Assembly: GCA_000182565.2 (NCBI GenBank)
Contig: KQ257466.1
Direction: 5' to 3' (one strand)
DNA: 64,000 nt
Source: Spizellomyces punctatus DAOM BR117
Lineage: Eukaryota
Of this stretch, positions 11,421 through 24,800 are shown piece by piece; the stretch's first letter is position 1, and every line of letters begins with the position of its first letter. The position numbers were made by a program, and so were the translations under genes. The notes beneath the pieces were generated by a model, which had not been told where the DNA came from, did not search any database, and saw nothing but the letters and a program-made list of their open reading frames with translations.

Positions 11421-13705
11421 ATGAGGGTGAAATCTGCATTCCTGGCCCTTTCTGCACTCTTGGCTTCCGGCTCTGCTCTTCCTCAGGGAACCCGTCCAGC
11501 CCCATCCACCAAATTTGCCACAACGGCGGAGTGGCTCAAGGACGTTGATCGGCGACTCACTGCAGAGTCAACGCTTTCTAGTGAAGGTAGGCGCGCCGAT
11601 GCGCTACGGGCAACAAGTTGTGATTGTTTGCTGTATTAACCTTAATCCAGCCCAGTGGAGATTTGACACGAACCTTACGGATGCCAACGAAGCAATCGCC
11701 AATGCTGCGTCGTTGAGATACAACCAAGTGAGCATCAGTAACCGTCCTTGTTCCAGAAGCGTAATGGTTAACATTTAAGCATTTGCGTTCCGATCAGCTC
11801 ATGACAACCATCTTGGCGGAGTCGACACAATATCAGGGAACGACTGAAGATGAAAAACGTCAACTCGACCTCATAAAGCTAAATGGCGGCATTCCCAAGG
11901 ATGTCGCAGCACAAAAAGAGCTCACGGAAGCATTGAGCAAAATGAGCAGCATTTATTCCACAGCAAAGGCAAACGGGAAGCCGCTTGATCCTGACTTGAC
12001 TGAAATCCTTGCCACCAGTCGGGATTACAATACCCTACTAGATGCGTACATTTCGTGGAGGAATGCAACTGGGCCTTTGATAAAGCCGATCTATACCCGA
12101 TTTGTAGAGCTGAGCAACAAGGGTGCCGTTGACGGTGGCTTTAAGGATACTAGTGTGCTTTGGAGAGCCGGTTACGACATGAGACAAGACGACTTTACCG
12201 CCATGATGGAAAAGGCCCTGCAGCAGGTGACCCCACTTTATGAGCAGCTCCATTGCTACGCTCGTTCAAAGCTCTCAGAGATCTATGGAAAAGACAAAGT
12301 CGAACTGGACGGCGGCTACATGCCGGCACACATTTTGGGTAACATGTGGTAAATAGGGCCTCCTTTCAGCAGCTTGCCGTCAACCCTTTGACTAAATTTT
12401 GTTCAGGTCTCAAGAATGGGGTGGTATCTACGATCTCTTGATCCCCTACCCGGCCGTGCAGCCTATTGACACCACCGCGGAACTCAAGAGGCAAGGATAT
12501 GATGCTGTCAAAATGCACGAGCTGTCAGAGTCCTTCTACACCTCCCTTGGAATGGATGGTACGTGATCTCGGATTAGCCATGATCTCTGGCGTAAGCTTA
12601 ACGTCGAGATGCTGATCTGTCGTCCGATTTACCGTTAGAACTTCCGGAAAGTTTCTGGACAAAGTCAATGCTGACCAAGCCCACCGATCGTGAAGCCGTT
12701 TGTCATGCCTCAGCATGGGACTTCAACAATGACGATCTACGGATCAAGATGTGCACTGTTGTTTCGCACAGCGATTTGATGACAGTGCATCACGAGCAAG
12801 GGCATCTCTACTACGACCATTATTACCGCAAGCAACCTTACCTCTTCCGCAGCGGCGCCGCAGACTTTTTCCACGAGGCTATCGGGGACACAATGCAACT
12901 GTCTGTCGTCACTGCATCTCATCTCAAAAAGGTTGGCCTCATCACAGGCAACGTCACAACCTCACCTGAGCAAGTGATCAATGCTCAGATGGCGGTGGCC
13001 CTTGATAAGATTGTGAGCTTGCCGTGGACTTATCTGGTTGATCAATGGCGATGGAGGGTATTCGCTGGCGAAATACAACCCGATAAATACCAGCAGGAAT
13101 GGTAAGAGCAACACCGCTGTTTGCTCACATGCTGTATCCAACATCAGTCCGTTTCCAGGGAGAATCTTATTGAAAGATACCAAGGCGTTAAGCGCCCCGT
13201 TTCCTCAGGCGCAAACGATTTTGACCCGGGAGCAAAATACCACATTCCGGCAAATACCCCCTACATTCGCTACTTTGGAGCCAACGTGATTCAATTCTCT
13301 TTCCACAAGGCTCTCTGCAAGACCGCAGGACATACAGGACCTTTGCACGAGTGTGATATCTTCGGCAGCAAGGAAGCGGGTGAGCAATTCACGAGAATGC
13401 TTTCACTAGGTCAGTCGAAACCCTGGCAAGAGGCCATGAAGATAGGGACAAACGGCATGTTTGACACCGTAGATGGGAGTGCCATTATTGAATATTTTGC
13501 CCCGTTGTTGGAATGGCTGAGAGAGCAGAATGCGGGAAAGAAGTGTGGTTGGGGTTCCTCTAGGCAACCAGGCGGGTCGAAACCGGGCAATGGTGACAAG
13601 CCTGGCAACGGCGGCAAACCTGGCCAGGGTGGCAAACCTGGCAATCCTGGCAGCCCGGGCTCGGGAAAGCCGGGGCACGGAAAGTGTCCTTCCAAAAAGT
13701 ACTAA
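11421..13705 (+). CDS. Secreted angiotensin-converting-enzyme-like peptidyl-dipeptidase (peptidase M2), 6 exons
   Basis: Signal peptide MRVKSAFLALSALLASGSA; PLYEQLHCYAR, MPAHILGNMWSQEW, VCHASAWDF, zinc motif HHEQGH, FHEAIGD, DFDPGAKYH and YIRYF; C-terminal GKPG repeats. Confidence 0.93.
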
Positions 13706-14029
13706 ATCTGTTGGCGCAAGTATTCATAGAGTAGATAGATTAGAGTGTACCGCAGTTCTGCCTGGGCATGTTGGAGAGTCGAAGATTACAATGTTAGAGG
13801 CCCAGCGGACATACATTAAAATATCAAGCACGCATCTCTTAGTGCACTCTCTACCCGTAAACTACCCTATTGGGATGTGACTTCTCTGATTGGACGTTAT
13901 AGTATGAGCAGTAACGGCCTTAACCATGACGGTCCAGGGTGTGAAGAAATGCATTGCGAGATTGCGAGTGAAGCTGTGGCCCACTGCTGATTGTCAGGTG
14001 ACATCCCCCTTGCCTCTGCGGATCTTGAA

Positions 14030-15106
14030 ATGACGAAACAGAACTACTCAACAAGCATGCAACAATCAGATGTGACCACTCTGACCATAGCCCTCGTATC
14101 GCTCCTCATTATTCTCGTTTACCATGGCTGGCTATGGATTGCCACTCGAATCAATCCAAATAGAACTGTTATCGGTCTCACACGGGCTGCCAGGCGAGCT
14201 TGGTGCAGAGTCGTTGTAGAAAAGAAGGATGGCATCTTAACAGTGCAAACGCTGAGGAACTGGTGATTGCCCTTGGTTAAAGGCGGAGAAAAAGCATTTG
14301 ACCACTAATCTCTCTGCGGTTTGTTGACAGGCTGATGACGTCTTCCCTTCTCGCAACTGCTTCCGTTACGATCACCATTGGGTTGACCGCTTTCGTCAGC
14401 AACTTGAGCAAAAGCAACAATGCCAATCTTTTGAGTTTGGATATTTATCAATGGAAATTTGGTAAATTTGATTACATTGTATGTTTTAAGTCTTGGTCAT
14501 TAATAGTGCGTTCAGTTATTCTGATTAGCTTTTACGCGGGCGCGTTCTTCAGCTTCACCCAAGCCATGAGGTATTTTACCCACATTGGATTCCTCATCAC
14601 GGCATCAGCGGGAATGCGGGAAACCAATGAGATCAGGCAACAAAGAAGAGCCAGTGCTCAGTCGAGCCAATATAACATCAACGGTGCAGAGTCCTCTCAA
14701 GTAGTCTCACAGGAAATAGAAAATGAGGAGGAGAGAAAGGACAGACAACTTTTGGATGCTATGCTTGTTGAGGGACATTTGGATTTCGATGTGATTTGCG
14801 AATTGTTAAACCGAGGGGCCATGTTTCATACCTTCGGGGTCAGTAACGGATTGTTCTGTCTTTTTGACAATGTGTATCGTATTCTGATAACCATACATGC
14901 ACACATAGTTGCGCGGGTTTTACCTAACGTTTCCCCTGATATTGTGGCTGTTTTCGGACTGGCTATTGCTGGTAGGGACAGGTGCACTCATTTTAATTTT
15001 GACGTACCTAGACATGAACGTAGGGCATTGGAAAAGAAGGCCGGTGAAGCGAAGACAAAGGAGTTTCCATTTGACGGACCTGCATATAAGAAGTGCGGGG
15101 CCCTGA
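14030..15106 (+). CDS. DUF599 family membrane protein, multi-exon
   Basis: YHGWL...RTVIG...RRAW...GILTVQTLRNWLMTSSLLAT, FFSFTQAMRYFTH, LNRGAMFHTFG-LRGFYLTFPLILWLF. Confidence 0.88.
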
Positions 15107-15955
15107 TTGTACCCTCTAGCCGAGACTAGGACTTCTATAATGCAACACATAGCATTAGAGACTTTTATATTATACATCGCTCATCTAGCGAATGGCGGCA
15201 ATAGCGACAAGAGTCTTGAAATGTCATGTTCTGGTTCTCTAATATGATCGGCTTGTATTCGCCCGGTGGTTTTAATCGCTTTAGACGAATGCTCAACTCT
15301 CGCATCTATCCATATTAGGCGTTAACGGGTGGCACAGTTCATACCCAGCGGCCGTGGCTTAGTAGGAAGCCGACGTAGCAACAAAGCCCTAAGTTGTGTC
15401 GCGTGGGTCGCCGACGTCGTGGGTTTTGGAATTTCCGTCCCTCCACCTTCTGCTCCGGTCGTTTTGGGGTGTATTGACGGTATCTTCACTGCCTGGTGTA
15501 TTCGTCTCCGAACACCTCCAAGAGCGTATTCAGCAAAGGATCGCTGAATCAAACGGTAGACGGTCATTCCACCGACAGGCTCCGAACTTCCCTCGGATTG
15601 GTCACCTCGTCGACCATCGCAGCTGCTAGTGTTTCTTCTATTCGGATATCTCGAGCGCTTTCTTTGGAGTGGTCTCCGTTTTGAGTAGCTCGACGGATTC
15701 ACGATTGAGAAAAAGGTACGCACGCGATTGTGTGGTGATAAACGTCAATGCAGCAGAGGGAGGAGGAGATGTGTGATGTCAATGCGACTAAACAGGATAG
15801 GGGATGAGATATCTCTGTCCTGCAGGATTTTGTGGCCATCGCTAAGATCATATTATGAGGCGGATTGTCCTCTTTACCTACAAGCCGCTCAGCTCGTCCG
15901 CAACTAACAACCATTATTTCTAAGGCGCACGTATTTTCCATACGACATTGTAACC

Positions 15956-18900
15956 ATGGACCTTGATGCGGGTGGTTCGCTTTTGGACCAACTCCAAAAT
16001 CAGCTCCATCCAGACACGACCCCTCAGGTTCGCGACAATGTTTACCTGATATTCACAATTTGTTATGATTTACGCTTATCGGTCCAGCAGGCATCGGCAG
16101 CGCCATTGTCGATATACGAGGAGGAGCCAGTGCCGGAGACTGATAGTGCAATTGAGGCGCCACCAGCAGTGAAGCGCGACCTTGATATCAGTAGCGAAGA
16201 GCTTTTTCCTGCTTTACCAGCTGCTGCCCCTGGGAAGTCACCCATTGGTGCCTGGGCGACTAAGGGCATAAATGGACACGCTCGTGCAGCTTCCGCATCC
16301 TCTGGATCCTCTCGTGGTGCCACCCCATCAGGCGGGATTGGTAGGCCAAAGAAGATCACGGAACGGTTCGAGATCCCCGCACAATTGCAGGTTGGTCAAC
16401 AAATGGTTCTGAATGTCAGCTATATATACTTGTTATTCATCGAATTGTGTAGGCAAACTTGCAAAATGAAAAGGGAAAGCCTATAACAGCCGCATATGTG
16501 TGCAAGCAGATCATGTCGCGTTTGGGAACATCTATCGATCTATCCAGCAACAGTAGAACGGGCGTCCTTACCGTGCTTATTAACGGCAAACCAGAAGCAG
16601 TAAAGCAAACGAAGCGTGAAGTAATTAGCGCCCTTACACTTCAGGTGAGCGAACGTATGTTACCAAGATCGGCGGAATACCGACTGATATTCGTGCATAG
16701 GTTAAAGAGGTTATCACGATTCCGGCGTCAGTTCGGCCCCATCTCGTGGGCAAAGCGGGTGCAAATATCAAAGCACTGATGGCCCGAACCTTAACCAAGA
16801 TTGATATTCCGCGCAACTCCGATGAGGATCGCAATGCCCCTGTTTCCGATAATTTGATGGAAGAGGAGCCGGAACAGGATGTTGTGATTATCGGCGATTA
16901 TGAGGGTGTGGAAGAGGCAAAAAAGGCAATTGAAACCCTAGTTTCGCAACGGGTGTGTCTTCCTTTTCTGTCCACCGCGCGTAAACATAAAAACTAACAA
17001 GTCGCAATCGTGTAGACGAGTAAGCGCACTCTGCGAGTGAGCATCGAACGTTCATATCACCCGTTCATAGCAGGGCCCAATGGCTCTCAAGTACAGCTCC
17101 TACAATTGGAAACAGATACACGCATTCACATCCCGCCCGTAGTGCCTACATTACAAGATAAGGGATCCAGTGATATCCTCATTGTAGGCGAACGCACCGC
17201 GGTTCTGGCTGCTGAAGAGCGCTTGAGGGCTATTTATGAAGAAGTGGTAGGTTCCTAGTATCCTTGTACTTTTGCAGCGCTGCATTATTGACACTTGATG
17301 GTATCAGAAACGTACCACGCGTACATTGCAGATTCCCGTCAAAAAGCGTCAGCACCGCTTCATCATCGGTCAGAAAGGGGCAGCTCTACAGGAAGTAATG
17401 GAGCAAACTGGATGTCATGTCGAACTCCCACCGCCATCAGATCCGTCTGAGACCATTACCATCAGGGGGCCCGAGAACATGCTAAGTCAAGCTTTGCAGC
17501 TGGTTATTGAAAAGGTAAATGACCCTGTTATGCAGTGAGTTGGCCGCGATGACTTAATCGACTTCATCTATAGTCAAATTCTATTGTGATCGATGAGATT
17601 GATGTCGTTGCAACAATCTCGCCATCTACTGACCCTGAATTATTTTTGCGGTATGTATACACCAAGGAGCGCAATCAGCTGAAAGCCATCGAAAGCGCGC
17701 ACAATGCTACGATATTGCAGCAAAAGTCGACTGAGGGGAACTCGATTTTGGAAATTCAGTCCAAGACAAAGATGGACACCGATGCTGCACGGGCGGCATT
17801 GTATGCGTTGGTCAAAGAGTGGGGTAGCTTGCTGTCCTTTGGCGTAGTGGAGATTCCAAGCGGGTTGCACAAGTTTGTGGTTGGCAAAGGCGGACAGAAT
17901 ATTACAAAGGTCCGGGCGAAAAAGGAATGGGACGGCCGACTAGTCGATGTTATTGTGCCACACGAGAGCGATGAATCAGATGAAGTTTTAATTGTTGTAA
18001 AGCGCATACCCGGCGCGAAAGGCGGGCTGGCTGCCAGCGACAAGGAAAGTTCTACATTGATCGAGAAAGTTAAAGAGGAGCTTGAATCGCAAGCGACAGC
18101 ATTAGCCGACCTCGTCACGCAAACAATAAGCATTGACCCTAAGTACCACGGTCGTTTGATTGGCGCAGGAGGTGCTGCACTGAAGGAGCTGCTTTCTCCA
18201 TACGGAAATGCCGTGACCGTGAAATTCCCCAAAAACGTGGAACAAAGTGCAAAGGAGTCCAAAGCGAATGGCAAGGAAAGCGATCCCAGCGCGGTCGTTA
18301 TCCGCGGTCCCAAGAAGGAGGCTATGGAGGTGGCGGACAAAATTAGCAAACAGGTGGCCGAATGGCGACATGTAGAGCTCATGAGCAGCTTTTCTGAGGT
18401 CATAACTGTTCCAAAAGGACTGGGCCGACGGCTGGTTGGTAGCGGGAAAGACCTAAAGTGGATTGTTAGTGCTGTCCGAGAAAAGGTTGCGTCCGGCGAA
18501 GTCCACAAAAGCAAAATCAGTGAGAAGGAATTGACTCCTCCTAATCTAAATTTGCGAGCAGAAGTAGATGTGGGAGTGGACCAGGATACTCTTACTTTGT
18601 ACGGACCCAAGACCATTGTCGCATTGGCGAAAGCTGTCGTCGCTGAGCGGGCTCAGAAGCTGGCCGACACGGTCACCGAAGAAGTTGATCTCTTTAATGC
18701 CGTGTCTGGAACAACACGTAAATCACTGCATGAAATTGGCGGAGATATCCGTCGCAAAGTTCTACGCAGGATCATCGGGAAAGAAGGCAAGGGCATCAAA
18801 CGAATAAGCGAGAAACACAGCATCTATGTCAAGTTTGCAGACCGTAACCGTACGACCGTTCGGGAAGACGATGAAGACGAGAATGCATCGGTTGAGGACT

Positions 18901-21387
18901 TAGAAGCCAGCGAAGAAGCCACTGGATCGGTATCCATCAAGGGCAGTGTTGCCGATGTCGCGGCTGCGCGAAAGGAGTTAGTTGAGCTGGTCGAACACGA
19001 GATTCTCCATTCCTTTGTTGCCACCTTCCTGTTCGCGAAGGCATGTCTGCCTCATATTGTTGGTCGCGCTGGTGCAAAGGTCCAGAAGTTGAAGGACGAG
19101 TGCGACGTGAGAATTGATTTCAGGGATATGGACGATGACGATGAAAACGTTGAGTGCATCATTGAGGGTACAAAGGAAGGGTGCGCCGACGCTAGACAAA
19201 AGATCCTGGAGGCTGTGGATGACATGGTGCGTACCGAAGTATTCTCAAATCCTGACATTGGTATCTGTAATGGCTCGGCTTACATATATATTACAGGTGA
19301 ATACCCAGTCCGTTGAGATGCAAATTCCATCGTATCTCCATAAACACATCATCGGCCCGGGAGGGTCGAAGATTCGATCTGTTATCGACAACTTCGGCGG
19401 ACCAGACAAGCTCAAAGTACAGTTCCCTCGAGCACATGTCGACCCTGCTTCCGCTCAGGATACGGTGACGATTAAGGCCCATCTACGAGTGGTTCCTGAG
19501 GTGCAAAAGGAGCTTGAACGCCTTGTCCACGAAGCCCTGAGTAGCGAGGAAGGTGAGACTCGCGAAGTGGAATTGGTTGGCCGCTCTGGAGACTCGAATG
19601 TGGTAGAGAAGATCATCAGTATACCGAAAGCAGATAGTAACCGAGTTGCAGGTCGAAGCGGTGAGGGATTGATGGATGTAATGAAGAGGTTCGGTGTGAC
19701 TGTATGGTACGAGGAGGGAAGTGAGCAGGACGATTTTGTGAAGATCAGGATCGCTGCCAGAATTGGTAAGGAAAGCGATGTGCACGAGGCGCGAAATGAG
19801 CTTTTGGTACGTTGAGAGACTTATGTAGCAGTGACTCGAACATCTTATTAACATGGATAATCCATGCAGTCAAGAGTTCGCATCTCCCAGTCAGTGCCGA
19901 TTCCACACAACATTCTAGAAGCTATTCAGGCCGCCACTGGAGCAGAGCGGGACATGCATTTGGCTGCACTTCAAGATATAGCAAAGCGGGTACGACAGGA
20001 ATCTGGAGTGTTCCCGGAATTGAGCAGCGGTGCAACCAAAGGTTCAGAAGGTGCATGCTTTGTAGTGCGTGGAGATACAAAAGCTGTGGATAAGGGCGTC
20101 AAAAGCTGTGAAAAATTTTTGGACGAACTGGTATGTTCCGGCGTGTCATTTTTCTCCATATTCGATGTGTACCTTATCCGAGCGGTCGTCTAGACGAAGT
20201 ACACACATTCCCACCGGATACAGTTGGATTCCGACCTCCGCCCGCATCTCATCGGCCGTCAAGGGTTCACGATCAATAGGCTCCGCTCCGAGAGCGGTGC
20301 TGAAATTGACATAATTCGTGGCGCTCAGAAGGGAACCAAAGATACTGTGGTCATTCGAGGGATATCAGAAGCTAGCGTTGAGAAGGCGCGGCAGATGATT
20401 GAGGGCATTGTGCACGATCAGGAAGAGCGCCTACGACGCGATAGAGAGCGTGAGGAGCGGGACCGCGAGCGAGAAAGAGAACTAGAGTCCAGGAGAGTTC
20501 AAGCCAGGATTGATGATGATGATGCTGACCATAAGGTACAGGCTACCGAATCTTCGGACCAGCCTTCTGTACCCGGCTGGAGTGGGCGGGCGCATGTACA
20601 TCGCCCGAGTAGAAATAAGAAGAAACGAGTCGACGAGACAGCCACTCCAAGTCCACCGCCACTCAGCCGTGAAAGCTCCACAGCTTCCTATTGGAGCTAT
20701 GTGGAAGGCGTAGCAAGCAAAAAGGATGAAAGTGGCTGGAAGGAAGTAGGCGGAGGAAAGAAGGCCATCAAAGGGAATAAGGAAAAGGCAGATGACGCAA
20801 AGCAGCCCAGGGAACCCGAACCCAAACCTGAGGTAGATGAAGTACAGGTGGAAGGTGGAGCTACTGCTGCCAAGAAGAAAAAGAAGAAGAAGGGTGCAGC
20901 AGCAGGTCCGGAGGCAGCTCCCCCACTGACAGGCCCAGTCCCTGTATCCCCAAGTGCTAGACCCCCTTCCCCGGTGAAACAAGAGCCTGTTGCACAACCC
21001 AAGGTGCAAGAGACTGCAAGGCCCCCATCCCCTGCGAAAGCTGCCGCCTTTGAAAAGCCCCTCACCAAGCAAACTGCCGTCCGGCCAGTCTCACCGGCAC
21101 CATCCGCTTCGGCCGTCCGCGAAGAAATTAAACAAGTGCCAACACTACCGGAATTCGAGGTCGAAGACGTTGAGGCACAACCGGAAAACGACGGTTGGCA
21201 GACTGTAAACAGCGTCAAAAAGTTCAAGCAGGCAAAACTAGCAGCGCAGAACAGTACCACGGGGATTGGCAGTGTGCCAACCATGCCCGGAGGTGACGAG
21301 GAGGCGGCGAAAAAGAAGAAGAAAAATAAGAAAAAGAAGAAGAAGGCTGGAAACGATGGAGCAGCAATGCCTGGAGATGGTGAATGA
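15956..21387 (+). CDS. SCP160: Vigilin/Scp160-like multi-KH-domain RNA-binding protein, multi-exon
   Basis: N-terminal ELFPALP motif. More than ten KH GxxG loops (LVGKAG, IAGPNG, IIGQKG, VVGKGG, LIGAGG, IIGKEG, IVGRAG, IIGPGG, LIGRQG). Lys/Pro-rich tail. Confidence 0.9.
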
Positions 21388-21817
21388 GGACTGGCAGCTT
21401 TTTGTGCTTGAGTTGTTACTCCACGTGAGGGCATCAAGCGGTATCGAATATGATTGATGACCTCTTCTTGGTGAAGTCTTCGTTACGGGTTAGCGTATCT
21501 TAGCATGTTCGCTGTTGTATTCTCACTATGAGTGAACTGTGCTGATGATGGAAGGCAAGGTTTGAGCATTTGTATGTGCCTTGTGTGTGATTTAGATTGC
21601 GGGATTTCATTTGGGGGTATAATATATTTGAGGAACACACATTTCTACCTAGTTTCGGTCTCTATATGACGCATTCAACCTTGGCTTCCAAATTCGAAAA
21701 ATAGCATAGGGAGAGAAATGGTGCTGGCTCTTCAAGGGGCTTACGAACTCCAAGACAAGATCATAATATTATTCGACCACACCTATATACATTTGCAGCA
21801 GATACCCCAGCTTCAGT

Positions 21818-24800
21818 CTAAGAGTCAGTTAATTGGAGCTGAGAAAAGAAAAAGCAAATTAGGACACTGCGCAGAATAAACATTGCAAACCATGCTCCAC
21901 CAACTCACCACCATTGCGACTCCTCTAATAATCCAATGTCTTTGTGGTTGGTCCGTCGGCAAGAACATGGTCAACACATAATTTGTTGAATGTCCCGTGG
22001 TGCTAAGTGTCCCTCTTCTCATACTTGTCTTATATACCGGGCATTCATACGCTGTTTCCCTCAATCTCTGCAGTTGGGGATCGTCTTGATTTACCGGCGT
22101 GATAAGAATAATTGGCATTGTGTCGGTGAGCTGCTTTGGGTATTGCTCGCCGAGTAGGTTTGTTTTTCTGTCCCATCGTGCACCTTCAATAAATAGACCC
22201 CTGACATAGACTCCGTCTTCAGGAGCTGTGGTTGGCAGAACGTCGGTGAGGACGGTAAATGACATAGTGAGAAGGTCAATCGGGATGGAATATTTGCGAG
22301 CGTAGTTTTGAAGGGTGCCTGGCAAAGGGACGGTTAAGAAAGGGTATGGAATGGGTCATGCCTATTACACCAGATAACCACCTGTTAAGAAAGATTGCGT
22401 GAAGAAAAATCCAGAAATCCAGAAGACGGTTGGTGTGCCTTTGTCTATCCAGTCCTGAAAGAATTTTAGACGTGCTATGAAGTCAGACACATATGCGCCC
22501 TGAACATAAACTCAGTGAGTGCATGAGGATGGGAAGGAGTTGTAACTGATGCTTTTGACCTACCAAAGGCTTCAAGGAAGGATAACTCTTTCCTGCCCAC
22601 AGTTCCGGGATTTTCCCCAAGGTCAGACTAGTGGCGACATCCTCTAGTTCCTTATTCATCACAACCAACCCCTTCAAAGCTTTGATCACGTTCTGCAAGC
22701 TCTCTCGGATGACCTTCAGTAGCCGGTTGAACCTAACGAGCTCTTGCACCAGCACTGTATTCATACTTTCTTCGTATTTGACTGGATACGCCTTGGACGC
22801 TGCCGCCACATCGAAATCACTTGGAAGGTTCGCCAATATCCCACTAGCAATCTCGCTCGTCGCATCCTCTTTGCTCTTCCCTCCAGTGCCTCCACCACCA
22901 CTTCGCGCTTGCGTGACGAGAACCGAAGAAATGAGAAGATTTGTGTCCGCTAGATCTTTGGCGATGTCTGCGTTCTCATGCATGCCGTAGACTTCTGGGT
23001 GCGCGGTTAAAGGGAAGGACTTGATGTGATGAAGATATGATTCATAGGAGCCCTTTGATGGTGCGGTGTATGTGCCTGAAGGGGATAGTTTGTGGGAATC
23101 GTCCAGTATCTCAGGTGTGTAATATAGAGACATGATATTCATCAAGGTACGTCGATCTCGATCGTCCGTTACGCGACCACCGTAGTTACACTCCCCGGCA
23201 AGGTACGCCAATGCTTTCCAGGGAACTTCGTCATAGTCATTAAGGAACTAGTGTTCGTGCAAGTGTGTAACAGTTAGCCTCACACGTCCGCCATCTATCA
23301 CAACATAGTTACTTTACCTTCTGCAGCTGTCTGGTGCTGATACGCAAGTCACTTTCGTTGAACTCATAAGGAATATTCCATCCGAGAGGTCCAAAGTTTC
23401 TTCGTTCCTGGACCAGTGCGTGAAGAAGCACAGCCCAAAGAGCAACTTTTCCCATGTAGCCTCGGCACTCTTTTTGACGCCTTTGAAAAAGGACTCATCG
23501 CTAATGGGGTCACTAGTGTAGCTTCTCAAAAGATTCGCTCGAAGCCCCGCGGGTGGCTCGTTCGTCATCTTCACCCCATTTTGTAGGAGGGCGACTGGGA
23601 AGCGGTCGGAGGGGTAAGACGTGAGCCACAGTCGGAAATCGTGATGAGTAGTTTCAGGGGTGAGCTCCTCGCACATTTTTTCCAACGTCGGAAGCCATGA
23701 CACGGCAAGGTGACAGTTTTGAAGAACGACCCAGCCTCCTGATTTGATGCCAGCTCTTATCATGGATGCTGCCACTGGTCCCTGGCCTTGCCCGAGGGAA
23801 ATTGCGCTCAGCTTATTCCCTCCAAAGCCTTTCGATTCAGCAAATTTGAGCAACCTATCAGCACAAATCATTGTGTCAGTTCAGTACTCTGAAATTCACC
23901 AGTTACCGGCTACTTACCCCGCCATCGGATCTGCGCCGGGTGACAAAATGAAAATGAGAGGGGCACAGTTATTAGAATCTATGTAACTAGCAGCCAGGTC
24001 AAACTGCGGTGGTTCAATGAACTTTTGGCCCATCTTGGCTTTGACAAAGTCCATAATGCCGGGTACTAGCTTATCAGGTCGAATTATTCTCAGCACAACG
24101 AGCTTCTGGAATGAACTCAACCGCTGATCCCAGCCAGCAGGGTAAGGTTCTTTATGGGGTTCTCCGGAGTCATAAATTTCCTTCCAAGCCGTTACGGACT
24201 CTTTGAATGTATTACTGAAGCCTTTGAACGCAGGGAGGGCAGATAGCCGACACACTTCACCCCAGCTCTTGTCACTTAGCCATTCAGACGCCGGGTTCGG
24301 TGGAAGCCCCGAATCCATGCCAACACCGCCGGTCAAAAGGAACATCCACTCATCACTGTCCACCTCGCCTCTTCCACGCATTAGACCAATGCAAAGAAGG
24401 AAGGAGAAGAGAAGCTTATCTTTCTTGAATAAGGAACGACAAACATTGCAGTATAGACTGTAAGTGAAATGGGAGCGTAGGTTTTCGAGACGAGTCTCGA
24501 CTACTTCAGACTTCTCAGAATCTGAAATAGACTGAAGAAAAATGTTGATGAACCAGAGGAGGGAATACTGGTACATAGGCTCAATCTATGAAGGAATAAC
24601 AATAAGATTCCTTTGTGGAGCATTACGAAGGACGGCAAAGACAAAACTTACATTGGCTAATTCTGCAATCACAAAGAACAACACTGAAGAATGCGTTGCA
24701 ATAGGCCGATAACCTTGACGTGTCAGATCTATCTGCTTTTCTGTTTCTTCTGCCACACGCTGCTTCTGAGCGATGTCATCCGAAAGCACCTTTGAGCTCG

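Noticed and set aside
13560..13700. Collagen-like domain in the ACE tail
   Set aside because: The Gly-X-Y periodicity is too short (about a dozen triplets) to support a collagen call, so it is treated as a simple GKPG repeat.
15322..15723. 133-aa minus-strand ORF upstream of vigilin
   Set aside because: No domain or convincing gene structure; more likely promoter or 5'UTR sequence of the vigilin gene.
17756..18616. 286-aa antisense ORF (also 20697-21437 and many antisense ORFs within dynein and chitin synthase)
   Set aside because: Shadow ORFs opposite strongly supported genes, with no motifs of their own.
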